From: Smithellaceae bacterium | Lineage (GTDB): Bacteria; Desulfobacterota; Syntrophia; Syntrophales; Smithellaceae | DNA: 64,000 nt | Assembly (NCBI GenBank): GCA_963667845.2 | Contig: CAXXVL010000002.1 | Location: forward strand, 2,176,001-2,240,000 | Reading direction: 5' to 3' | In this document: piece after piece, positions 49,057-57,936 of the stretch | Layout: every line of letters begins with the position of its first letter | Position numbering within the stretch: the stretch's first letter is position 1 | The notes under the pieces: model-generated | What the model saw: only the letters and a program-made list of their open reading frames with translations | Database searches by the model: none | Told to the model about the DNA's origin: nothing | Position numbers and translations under genes: made by a program

Positions 49057-49299
49057 CTAAAACGGCGTAAGCGATGACAAATAGGCCTTGCGGTATTCAC
49101 CCGCGAAGGTCACCGCATTCTCATTCTTATCTTTAGCGGCCCTATCTCGCTTGTGTTCCCTGATCGGATGTGTTCCAACCGTTATCCATCCTGTGCTGCG
49201 CCTGAATTTAACAATGTTCCCGGCTGCAATCAGGCTGTCCAGCACACCATCCTGGACGTAATCATAGCGATCGTCTCTGCGAATAACCTGCATCAGCAT
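49057..49299 (-). CDS. GSU3473-family small protein
   Basis: MLMQV..DDRYDYV..LDSLI..IVKFRRSTGWITVG.HPIR. Confidence 0.8.
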   Translation of the reverse strand: MLMQVIRRDDRYDYVQDGVLDSLIAAGNIVKFRRSTGWITVGTHPIREHKRDRAAKDKNENAVTFAGEYRKAYLSSLTPF

Positions 49300-49357
49300 A
49301 TTCTTGCCTTCCGCATCGTCTATTCATCCGTGACGGACCGTCGGTCCGGCAATCGGA

Positions 49358-50116
49358 CTACTCGATCGTTATCCGGTTATTGACGATCTTCACGCCGTTC
49401 ACGTCGCCCGCGAATTTGCCGGCCAGGTCTTTTTCAGCGGTGCTGCCGGCCTTGCCGTACATGGTCACCACGCCGTCTTTTGTCTCGACTTTCGTGTTGA
49501 GGGCGGAAGTTGAGCGGTGGTACAGCAGCGTCATTTTGACCTGGGCGGTGATGGAAGAGTCATCGATGTTTTCGTCTATCGTTTGCGTTCTATTCGCGGT
49601 CCCGGCTACAGTCATTTTATTATTGACGCCTTTAACCCCTTTCACGTCCCTGGCGTATTCAGCCGTCAGATCCCTTTGCGCCCCGCTTAAAGCGTCCCCG
49701 CGCAGCGTTACGATGCCGTTGCTGACATCAATTGTGGTTGTATCGGCGCTCACGCTGCGATGAAACAAGAGGGTGGTTCTCACTTTATTCCGAATCCAGA
49801 CATCCGAGTCGGTGACCGGGGACGTTCCCTTGATCTCCAGCCGATTATCGACGCTCTTGACACCGGGGAGTCCTGCTACGGTTTCATAGGCCAGCGACTT
49901 GTGGACATGGTCGGCGACGATCCCGGTCAGCGTGACGGCGCCTTCTTGCGAGTCGATGGTGATATCATCACCCTGAAGATAGGTTTTGAATATGTAGGAC
50001 TGTCTGGCGGATGATTCAATCCGGCTGTCCATCTCCGACGCCTGGACGGGAATGTTCAGCATCAGCAATGTCGCCGCTGCCGCCAGTAAAGAAAGGGAAG
50101 ATATTTTTCTTTTCAT
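49358..50116 (-). CDS. Triple BON-domain periplasmic protein
   Basis: Three BON repeats (e.g. DDSSITAQVK..VETKDGVV); paralog of 53948-54715. Confidence 0.92.
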   Translation of the reverse strand: MKRKISSLSLLAAAATLLMLNIPVQASEMDSRIESSARQSYIFKTYLQGDDITIDSQEGAVTLTGIVADHVHKSLAYETVAGLPGVKSVDNRLEIKGTSPVTDSDVWIRNKVRTTLLFHRSVSADTTTIDVSNGIVTLRGDALSGAQRDLTAEYARDVKGVKGVNNKMTVAGTANRTQTIDENIDDSSITAQVKMTLLYHRSTSALNTKVETKDGVVTMYGKAGSTAEKDLAGKFAGDVNGVKIVNNRITIE

Positions 50117-50218
50117 TGTTCATTCTCCTTTTGCGGTTGCCGTTGTTTTCTGAAGGATGAGCACCAACGGCTTCATCTCTTTGGAATCCCGGCTAGGCTG
50201 GATCACACGTGATGTAAT

Positions 50219-50367
50219 AGCAAGGAGCCTGCCAACAGCCGAAAGATAATCAGCAGTATGGATTCATCCTTCAATAACGTGCGGTTGGACGATCAGGAAG
50301 AGCGGTCCCGCAAGGATGAGAGCATTCGTCCGGCCTCCACATTTGGTGGAGCCGCCATATGCTGAGG
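50219..50367 (-). promoter_or_regulatory. Sigma-54 promoter cassette 7
   Basis: TTGGCAGGCTCCTTGCT (50235-50219); IHF-like TAACGTGCGGTTG at 50275; UAS CCTCCACATTTGGTGG at 50334 and CCGCCATATGCTGAGG at 50352. Confidence 0.9.
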
Positions 50368-50566
50368 GATAAATTGAGAAGGGAAGGGGCAACCGCAGAT
50401 TCCTGATGGGTCCTGAAGAATACTGCGGATGCCGATGGTGCGCAAATTGGACGGGCGCTAGAGTCCGGATGTCGCATCCGGTGATGAAACGTATAGAGAC
50501 AGGTCGCGGGACCTGTCTCTATGAAATTCGTTGGAAACTTTTCCGGGTCCAAAACCCGATGCTTAT

Positions 50567-51640
50567 TTATTTCACGACAATTTGAAAAAGAACCCTCATG
50601 TTCGCCTTTGCCGCTTTGGAGTATAGTTCTTTCGGCGCCGCTTCATACATGGCCGGGTCTGTTTTGCCGTAACCGATAGTGGAAAGCCTGTCGGGCGCAA
50701 TGATGCCTTCGCTGATGAGATAATCCTCGACAGCCTTTGCTCTTCTTTCGCTTAACTTCTGGTTATACTCTTCCGTGCCGGAGGCAGAGGTATACCCCGC
50801 AATGCGGACTCTGGCTTTCGGGTTATCTTTCAGAAGCTGGATATTCCTTTTCAGGATCACCTTCGCTTCCGGTTTGAGGGTGGACTTGTCAAAATCAAAA
50901 TGGATGTCTTCAAAAGCAAGGATGATGATCTTAGGCTCGGTTGCGGCTTCGGCAACCTTCTCCTCAACTTTTGGTTCCGCCGCCACCACAATCACGACCT
51001 TCTCGGGTGCGGGCGCGGGTGCAGGTTCGGCGATCGGTTCACTCTTCGCAGCCCGGGCCGGTTTGGCCCCGCCGAACGAGAAAGCGATACCTGCGGTAAC
51101 ACCGATATTATGGAAGGTCTCCTGGAAAACCTCGGTAACGATATAATCCTGAACATCAACTCTGAGCGCAATATTCTCCGTCAGTGCGAATTTCGCGCCG
51201 ACGCCGACATTAAAGGCTGCCATCTCTCTATCCGATAACGATGGACTGTAGTGGGCGCCTCCGAAACCGACAACGATAAAGGGAGTGAGTCTGTAATCGG
51301 GAAGGATGTGGACGATGGCATCGAGATGATAAAAATAAAGGTCCTCTCTGTCCCTGGGATATCCGAACTGTCCTTCCGTATTATCCATCTTGTTCTTGTC
51401 GTCGACGTTCGTCCTTAAGAACTGCCCGGCGACTTCGACACCAACGTATTTAGTGAAATTGTAACCGAGCCGTGCGCCGAAGACGGGCGCATTTTTCAGA
51501 TTCTGCTGGTGTTCGAAGAAATTGTAACCTGCGTATGGATTCACTTCAAAGCTTCCCGCCCTTATCTCGGCACCGGCAGACAAGGGGAGTAAAAGAACAA
51601 GGGCAGCTATGATCATCACTGCACGATAGATTGGTTTCAT
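50567..51640 (-). CDS. OmpA-family outer membrane protein (beta-barrel plus OmpA C-like domain)
   Basis: Signal peptide, barrel strands (GARLGYNF), PAPAPAP linker, IHFDFDK..LSERRA. Confidence 0.9.
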   Translation of the reverse strand: MKPIYRAVMIIAALVLLLPLSAGAEIRAGSFEVNPYAGYNFFEHQQNLKNAPVFGARLGYNFTKYVGVEVAGQFLRTNVDDKNKMDNTEGQFGYPRDREDLYFYHLDAIVHILPDYRLTPFIVVGFGGAHYSPSLSDREMAAFNVGVGAKFALTENIALRVDVQDYIVTEVFQETFHNIGVTAGIAFSFGGAKPARAAKSEPIAEPAPAPAPEKVVIVVAAEPKVEEKVAEAATEPKIIILAFEDIHFDFDKSTLKPEAKVILKRNIQLLKDNPKARVRIAGYTSASGTEEYNQKLSERRAKAVEDYLISEGIIAPDRLSTIGYGKTDPAMYEAAPKELYSKAAKANMRVLFQIVVK

Positions 51641-51822
51641 TGTATGTCCTCCTTTATGTGGTCACGTATTTGTTACCTGTATGGCGTCTTTAAAAAGACG
51701 CATGAATGTCATGGTACCCAAAGAGCGCGTCGCTTAAGCAGGGCAAAAAGGGGACAGACCCCAATGATGAAAAGAGCCTGTCTTCCTTTTTGCCCGCTTT
51801 TCTCTTGCCAGTCCCCTATGCC

Positions 51823-53754
51823 TTATGGAGCAGGCACGTTAACCGTATGGAGATGAGCGTCCCACGTAACCGCGGCACAGGTCGGCCCTGAGGTCAACAA
51901 TCTCCCATCCACCGTTACACCTACCGTAGTCACCGAGATGGCTACGCCGGCCAAGATGTTTCCGCTGAAGGCAGGAGCTCCCAGCGTGGCTGAACTGCCG
52001 ACCACCCAAAAAACATTTTTCGCCTGTGCCGGGGGTAAGAGGATAATATTCCCGGTGCCGGACGTGATCAGGGTGCTGGGCGCATAGAAGATCCAGACTG
52101 CATTGGCGTCGCCCTTGGGGTCGAGAGTCATGGCTGTACTGATCGCGATCGAAGTCCCCGACTGATAGGCGCCGGGGTAGAAAGTTCCGGGGACGGCAGG
52201 CGGTCCGAACCCGGCGATTGCACCGAGATCGCTTGTCGGTATCACGGCTCCGGTCACTCCCACGGTTTGGGCCGCTAGAAACGCAAGATGCGCGTCGGCG
52301 ACGGCCGTGGCTGATGTCGTATTGCCGGCAGTCGGAAGGTCGGAAGCATATATCGTTCCGTTCACGATTCCGGGTGTGGCAGGGGGCCCGCCGCCGACAA
52401 AATTGGTGATCGACGTGTGCGTGAGTGTTGTTCCGATATCTCCGTTGACCGTGGTCCCCGTGGGCCCCAGGGTGCTGCCGCTGAGCGCGGCGCAGGAAAG
52501 AGCTCCGAACGGCGCGGCCGAGTTAAGGGGTATCTGCGGGAGACAAACTCCCGTCGCGGGAACTACGGTGAATGTCCAGGCGGGTACTCTGAAGTCATTT
52601 AACATGGTGTTGGCGGGAATTGCCAGATCCTTGACTCCGCCCGCGCCGCCTTTAATCGTGACCGTATAGGTACCGACGGCGAGTGGGTTCAAAGGCGTAA
52701 ATGTCGCAATGCGCCCTGTGGCGATGTCCAGAGCCACTGATCCGCTGACGGCAGTTATGGCAGGCGCCGGTCCCGTCACAATGAAAGTTGTTCCTGCGAT
52801 GAGCGACAGAGGATCGATTCGCAAACCGGAGGGTACGGTAAAGGTCGCATTAATCGTTGCACTGGGGCACACTCCGCCGGCACCCGCGATCGGGCTGATG
52901 GAAAGTACGGTGATACTGGACGGCGGGACGACGGCCGCGGTGGTAAATGTCCAGACATAATTACTTGCCGCAGGCAAGGGTGGGGCCTGATTGCCGGCGA
53001 GAGCATTGCCGGCCAGGTCAGTAGCGGCGGTGGTAATGGTGGCGGTATACGTCGTTCCGGATGCCAGCGCCGCTGCCGGCCAGAAAATCGCTGTTCTGCT
53101 GCCGACGACATACGTCACGGGGATCGTGGCGCCTGGCACGGGCGTCGTGCCGGGTCCTGTCAGTGTAAAGCTCGCTGCGGTGATCGTTGCCGGGTCCATA
53201 TCTTCAGTGAAGACGGCGGTGACGGCTGTATTGGTCGGCACGCCGGGCGTTGGACCGGGAATCGTCGTGACGGGCGAGGTGATCGTCACTCTGGGCCTTG
53301 TTGTGTCCGGTGTTAAACCTGTGCGAAAGGTCCAGACATAGTTGGCGGCCAGATGATTGCCCGCCGGGTCCGCGGCTGCGGCCGTAATCGTGGCCGTGCA
53401 TAAAGTGTTTTCCGGAAGATTGGGTAATGCCGGAAGGGTCAGTGTCGCCAGATTGCCTGCCGCCTGGTAGGTAACCACACCTGTTACGGGTGTCCCGGCA
53501 GGGCAAGCCAGCGTAAAGCTTGCTGCATTGAGCGTGGCGGGATTCATCGCCTCGCTGAAGGCGGCAGTGATGATTTTCGTGTTGACCGGAACACCGGTGG
53601 CATTATTTAAAGGGACTACCGCAGTTACCGTGGGCGCGGTGGTGTCTGAAGGGAACCAATGTCCGGTCCAATCTCCTCCGCATCCTGAAATAAAAAAACT
53701 ACTCAGGATTAAAATAAATAAAAGACAAATTTGCTGAGCCTTAAATCTTTTCAT
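51823..53754 (-). CDS. Lipoprotein with three Ig-like domains and a DUF3494 ice-binding-type domain
   Basis: Lipobox ISGC; FSEAMNPATL, FTEDMDPATI; TLDPKGDANAVWIF, AKNVFWVVGSSATLG. Confidence 0.88.
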   Translation of the reverse strand: MKRFKAQQICLLFILILSSFFISGCGGDWTGHWFPSDTTAPTVTAVVPLNNATGVPVNTKIITAAFSEAMNPATLNAASFTLACPAGTPVTGVVTYQAAGNLATLTLPALPNLPENTLCTATITAAAADPAGNHLAANYVWTFRTGLTPDTTRPRVTITSPVTTIPGPTPGVPTNTAVTAVFTEDMDPATITAASFTLTGPGTTPVPGATIPVTYVVGSRTAIFWPAAALASGTTYTATITTAATDLAGNALAGNQAPPLPAASNYVWTFTTAAVVPPSSITVLSISPIAGAGGVCPSATINATFTVPSGLRIDPLSLIAGTTFIVTGPAPAITAVSGSVALDIATGRIATFTPLNPLAVGTYTVTIKGGAGGVKDLAIPANTMLNDFRVPAWTFTVVPATGVCLPQIPLNSAAPFGALSCAALSGSTLGPTGTTVNGDIGTTLTHTSITNFVGGGPPATPGIVNGTIYASDLPTAGNTTSATAVADAHLAFLAAQTVGVTGAVIPTSDLGAIAGFGPPAVPGTFYPGAYQSGTSIAISTAMTLDPKGDANAVWIFYAPSTLITSGTGNIILLPPAQAKNVFWVVGSSATLGAPAFSGNILAGVAISVTTVGVTVDGRLLTSGPTCAAVTWDAHLHTVNVPAP

Positions 53755-53947
53755 AACAATCCTCCTTTTCCTGCTAAATTATGATCGGTTTCTTTGTAAA
53801 TATTGATGGCATCATTAGACTTTCATCGCGTTATTTGCCGTCTCTCTCTCCTCGCCTGTGCAAAATAGTTTTTCTCATTTTGCCATCCTTCGTGTTCTCT
53901 CTTTCTTTATTTGATAAAATTGCCTTTTCTCCGGTCCCTAACCCGGA

Positions 53948-54715
53948 CTATTCAATGGCCATCCGATTTTTTATCTCCTTCACGCCGACCACATCCGCGG
54001 CGACTTTCGCAGCCAGGTCTTTTTCAGCCGCGTTTTTTGCCTTGCCGTGCAAAGTGACCACGCCGCGCTTCGTCTCGACCCTGGTATTGAGGGCACTGGT
54101 CGACCGGTGATACAGCAGCGTCATCTTCACCTGTGCGGTGATGGAAGCGTCGTCAATCTTCCGGCTTACCGTTCTTGCTTCAGCCGGGGGTTCGGTCACA
54201 GTCATCTCGTTATGGACATCTTTGACGCCTTCGACATCCATGGCATATTCAGCCGTCAGATTTTTTTGGGCGCTGCTTGTTGCTTCGCCCTGCAGGGTGA
54301 CGACGCCGTTTTGGACGTTAACGGCGGTTTTGCGGGCGCTTACGCTCCGATGAAACAAGAGCGCCCCCTTCACTTTATCGCGGATCCACGCATCCGAGTC
54401 GGCCGAGGGGAGGGCGTTTTTGATTTCCAGCTTGTTGTCCACATGCTTGACACCGGGGATGCCGGCAAGGGTTTCCCCGGCCAGCGACTTATTGAAATTG
54501 TCGGCAACGCTCCCGGTCAAGGTCACGTTGCCGTTTTTAGCGTCGATTTTGATATGGTCATCCCTCAGGAAGGTCTTGAAAATATAGGTCTGCCTGGCGG
54601 TCGCTGCGATGCCGCTTGCCGTTTGCGACGCGGAGAGCGGCGGCGCGCTGAATATCAGCAGCAGCGCTGCCGCCATCATGATTGCTGATTGTCCATACAT
54701 CCTATTCATGTGCAC
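53948..54715 (-). CDS. Triple BON-domain periplasmic protein
   Basis: Close paralog of 49358-50116 (shared ITAQVKMTLLYHRSTSALNT). Confidence 0.92.
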   Translation of the reverse strand: MHMNRMYGQSAIMMAAALLLIFSAPPLSASQTASGIAATARQTYIFKTFLRDDHIKIDAKNGNVTLTGSVADNFNKSLAGETLAGIPGVKHVDNKLEIKNALPSADSDAWIRDKVKGALLFHRSVSARKTAVNVQNGVVTLQGEATSSAQKNLTAEYAMDVEGVKDVHNEMTVTEPPAEARTVSRKIDDASITAQVKMTLLYHRSTSALNTRVETKRGVVTLHGKAKNAAEKDLAAKVAADVVGVKEIKNRMAIE

Positions 54716-54724
54716 GTTCTCCGC

Positions 54725-55501
54725 TTATTTGTCACCATGCCTTCCATCGGGCTTATTTTCCTGCCCTCTATCCGGTCTCCCCTGTTGAGGTTTAGACTGC
54801 TGTCCCTCGCGTTGCTGCGGCTGCTCGCGGGGCTGCCTTACCTCCGGGGATTGCGGTCTTGACTGCTGAGGTTTAGCCGGTTCGCGCACTTCTTGTTTTC
54901 CCTGAGACCGCGGCTGGGTCTGTTGTTCCCGGATCTCCCGGGATCCCGGTTCGCGTTGTCCCGCCGGTCCCTGAACTTTTGTTTTGCCTTGATGCTGCGC
55001 CTCGACTGCGGGAGGCTGCTGACGGGCTTGCGTTCGGGGCTTTAAATCCCGGACGCCCCATGTGTTTTGCTTCTCCCAATGTTTGTCCTTTTTCCAGCCC
55101 TTCCAGTTCTGCTGCACTTCATGATGGGGAATGGGTCTGTAGTCCCACTGATGCCCTCTCCAGCGATGCTCCCGGTAGTCATTCCTCCAGGTGGAGGGTA
55201 TCTGCCTGTAAAAGGACGGTACGCTTCGATAGTAGCCCCAGCCTGAACTATAGCTGTGCGAGCGATACCAGCGCCCTTGCCAGGGACGCCACCACCAGCC
55301 GTCGTAAAAAAAGATGTCCACCTCTGCGTCAGGGACGACGTAGATGTATGTCTCGGGCAGCACGACCAGCGCCGGCGGCGCCGCAAAGACGATGGGCGGC
55401 GGCAGAGAAATGCTGACGTCAACATTGACCGCGGCCAAGGCCTGCGCAGGTAATACAAATACCAGCGCCAGAAGTACTTTTCCTAAAAACAACTTGTTCA
55501 T
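54725..55501 (-). CDS. Exported Trp-rich protein with a disordered Gln/Pro/Arg tail
   Basis: Signal peptide; FFYDGWWWRPWQGRWYRS. Confidence 0.75.
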   Translation of the reverse strand: MNKLFLGKVLLALVFVLPAQALAAVNVDVSISLPPPIVFAAPPALVVLPETYIYVVPDAEVDIFFYDGWWWRPWQGRWYRSHSYSSGWGYYRSVPSFYRQIPSTWRNDYREHRWRGHQWDYRPIPHHEVQQNWKGWKKDKHWEKQNTWGVRDLKPRTQARQQPPAVEAQHQGKTKVQGPAGQREPGSREIREQQTQPRSQGKQEVREPAKPQQSRPQSPEVRQPREQPQQREGQQSKPQQGRPDRGQENKPDGRHGDK

Positions 55502-55530
55502 TTTGCAGCCTCCATTAGCTAATTCCGATT

Positions 55531-55594
55531 AATCCCGCTGACGTGGGAAGAGCGTTAATTCCATACCTCGACAACCTGCTGCGAGGTGGTTGAT
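55531..55594 (-). mobile_element. Dispersed palindromic element, copy 3 (internally deleted)
   Basis: Same two ends as copies 1 and 2, lacking about 35 bp of the middle. Confidence 0.6.
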
Positions 55595-55635
55595 CATCCT
55601 GCACCGTGCGTTCCTGTCATTTGCGCCCATCTTTT

Positions 55636-55806
55636 CTAACGCCGTCCTCCATCTCTGTCGGGACCGCGGCCTCTGTCATGATCTCTGTCTCCTCCGTCCC
55701 TGTGGTCTCTGCCGTCTCTGCCGTCTCTATCCCATGGTACGAAGCACCCGCCGACGGATATCAGCAGCGTCACTAAAACCATTACCGTTATAATAATCTT
55801 CTTCAT
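55636..55806 (-). CDS. Small lipoprotein with a Gly/Arg/Asp-rich tail (56 aa)
   Basis: MKKIIITVMVLVTLLISVGGCFVPWDRDGRDGRDHRDGGDRDHDRGRGPDRDGGRR*; AAGGAG RBS; absent from the ORF track. Confidence 0.8.
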   Translation of the reverse strand: MKKIIITVMVLVTLLISVGGCFVPWDRDGRDGRDHRDGGDRDHDRGRGPDRDGGRR

Positions 55807-55880
55807 CACATTCTCCTTTGATCAGATTTGTATTTGCTTATTCGATTGCCCATGCAGGATCCTCAATACGCCCACCGGTT

Positions 55881-57581
55881 TTACATCTGCCGGAGCGTGT
55901 TCACGTATTCACTGCTCCGGTATTCTTTAAACCACCGCTTCGTGATGACGCCTGCGTAAGTCTTGACAAAGAGATTTCTCCATTTTCGTTTGATGTCTCC
56001 CCAGGCGTTACCGAGCGGAACCGTAAAAAGAGTGCTGATCGGCTCATCCGGGCGGGGCGCATTGATGGCGCGGCGTCTTTCTATGAAATTGCTTGTGAAT
56101 CGTCGGGAATAAGACACGGCAAACTGAATGGGAAAGCCGACGGTGGCCAGATAAACCCAATTCAGCCAGTTGCCGTAATTTAATTTCCGGCTGAGAAATC
56201 CCCCGAGATACTTTTTTTCCATCAGCAACTTGGGCATGATTTGCAGATCATCAGGGTCGAGCCCGTCGGGTCTTGGATCATAGCAGAGGAAAAGGCCGTC
56301 ATACTTGTCCCAGCCGACCAGCGATAAAGGCAGAAGACGACCCTCGCTGTCGAGCCTTGTTCGTAACTCGGAACCGGGCAGCGGGACGGCATTAAGAAGC
56401 TGGATCGTGTCGATTTTTGCTTTCTTGATAAACGTTTTGAAGGCGGCCACGCGCTCGCGGATCGTAATGCCGTTGTTTGCCCTTACGGATTTGTTCGCGG
56501 GATAGCCGAAAATAAACATGCCGTGCAGATAGAAATAGTTGGACAGTATTTTGGAGCGCGCAATTAACTTCTCGACGGTCACGCCTTTGTGCATGGCCCG
56601 CAATTCTTCATCCATCGGGCTTTCGTATCCGATCGCCAGCGTGGTCACGCCGGCCCGGCGCATGGCCTTGATCAAGGCATCATTGTCGGCCGCTTCCGTG
56701 CGCACCTGAACGATCAGGTCGATCTTTTTTTTGAATTTTCTTTTGTAGTCGGCAATCGCGTCACACAGCAAAATGGCCTCGGCAGGATTCTGGGCAAAAT
56801 TGTCATCGGTGAAGAAGAAATCCCGGTACCCCAAATCGGCATATTTGATTAATTGCCGCAACGCCGTTGCAACCGATGCGGATTTATACTTTCCATATTG
56901 CTTATTCACGACGCAGAATTCGCAATTGAAATTGCAGCCGCGACCCCGGTTGATGGGGATGGCGCTCCATTTTTTCTTGAGAAATTTAACGAGGGTCAGA
57001 TCCGTATCGGCCAAATCATTCAGATCGCGGATCGGTTCGCGCCTGCCGGTGAAGACATAGGTTCCGGTTTCGTCAAGAAAGCTGATTCCCGAAACGGCGG
57101 CCAATCCGGCCCGGTTCAAGGCAGGACCACTATCATCGCGTGTCAATACGGACAGCAATTCCATGATGGTCTTTTCGCCTTCACCGTGAACGACAATATC
57201 TATACCGGAGCGAAGCGCTTCTTCGGGCAGGGCGTCGACATGACTGCCGCCGGCAATGGTGATCGCGCCAAAACCCCGATATTGCCTGGCCAGCGTAAAG
57301 AGCCGCGGGATCGAATTACTCATGCCGCCGTAGAATAGCGCCAGGTGCGCGGGCTGCCGGGCCTGCAAAACGCAGTGATCCGGAAGTTTTTGATCCGTGA
57401 GCGGACCGCCGTAATTGTTTTCATCGATCGCATAGACGTTCCTGCACCGGGGATGATGAGCCATCTGGCTCATAACCGCCAGAATGCCCACCGCCGGCAT
57501 TTTGATCTTTGCATAGATATTGTTCTGCGAATGCCTTGGATATTGGGGTATAATTCCGATGACCGTTAAATTATTTTTCAT
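55881..57581 (-). CDS. B12-binding radical SAM protein
   Basis: RGCNFNCEFC, AGGSH, HGEGE, TDDNF; start trimmed to MKNNLTV. Confidence 0.88.
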   Translation of the reverse strand: MKNNLTVIGIIPQYPRHSQNNIYAKIKMPAVGILAVMSQMAHHPRCRNVYAIDENNYGGPLTDQKLPDHCVLQARQPAHLALFYGGMSNSIPRLFTLARQYRGFGAITIAGGSHVDALPEEALRSGIDIVVHGEGEKTIMELLSVLTRDDSGPALNRAGLAAVSGISFLDETGTYVFTGRREPIRDLNDLADTDLTLVKFLKKKWSAIPINRGRGCNFNCEFCVVNKQYGKYKSASVATALRQLIKYADLGYRDFFFTDDNFAQNPAEAILLCDAIADYKRKFKKKIDLIVQVRTEAADNDALIKAMRRAGVTTLAIGYESPMDEELRAMHKGVTVEKLIARSKILSNYFYLHGMFIFGYPANKSVRANNGITIRERVAAFKTFIKKAKIDTIQLLNAVPLPGSELRTRLDSEGRLLPLSLVGWDKYDGLFLCYDPRPDGLDPDDLQIMPKLLMEKKYLGGFLSRKLNYGNWLNWVYLATVGFPIQFAVSYSRRFTSNFIERRRAINAPRPDEPISTLFTVPLGNAWGDIKRKWRNLFVKTYAGVITKRWFKEYRSSEYVNTLRQM

Positions 57582-57622
57582 GATGAAAATTCCTTCGTGA
57601 GCGGCTCCCGAAGCCTTCAGCC

Positions 57623-57850
57623 CTAAAGCATGCTTTTGGCCAGACGAAACGCCTTGGCTTTTAATTGTTCTGAGCGCCCAAACCAGATGGAATCTAAACG
57701 TAGTGTTGCGTCGGTCACGGTAGAATGAAAAAAAGGATGATCCGCCGCGGTAACATTGAACATGGGCAAGATATTTCCCTCTGAGGTTTTCTGCCATCCG
57801 ATAAATATCGCATCTGAATCCGATCGTGTTGGATTCATGTATTTAGGCAT
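57623..57850 (-). CDS. Small hypothetical protein, first gene after cassette 8
   Basis: MPKYMNP..AIFIGWQKT..DHPFFHSTV after an AGAGG RBS. Confidence 0.5.
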   Translation of the reverse strand: MPKYMNPTRSDSDAIFIGWQKTSEGNILPMFNVTAADHPFFHSTVTDATLRLDSIWFGRSEQLKAKAFRLAKSML

Positions 57851-57936
57851 ATGGTTTTCCTCTTGCCCCGGACTCGATTTTGATCGCATAATACTCACCG
57901 ACAAGGCGATTACGCGATCGGTCCGATCACTTTAAT

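Noticed and set aside
57582..57797. N-terminal extension of the radical SAM ORF
   Set aside because: Overlaps the small ORF 57623-57850 and does not look protein-like.
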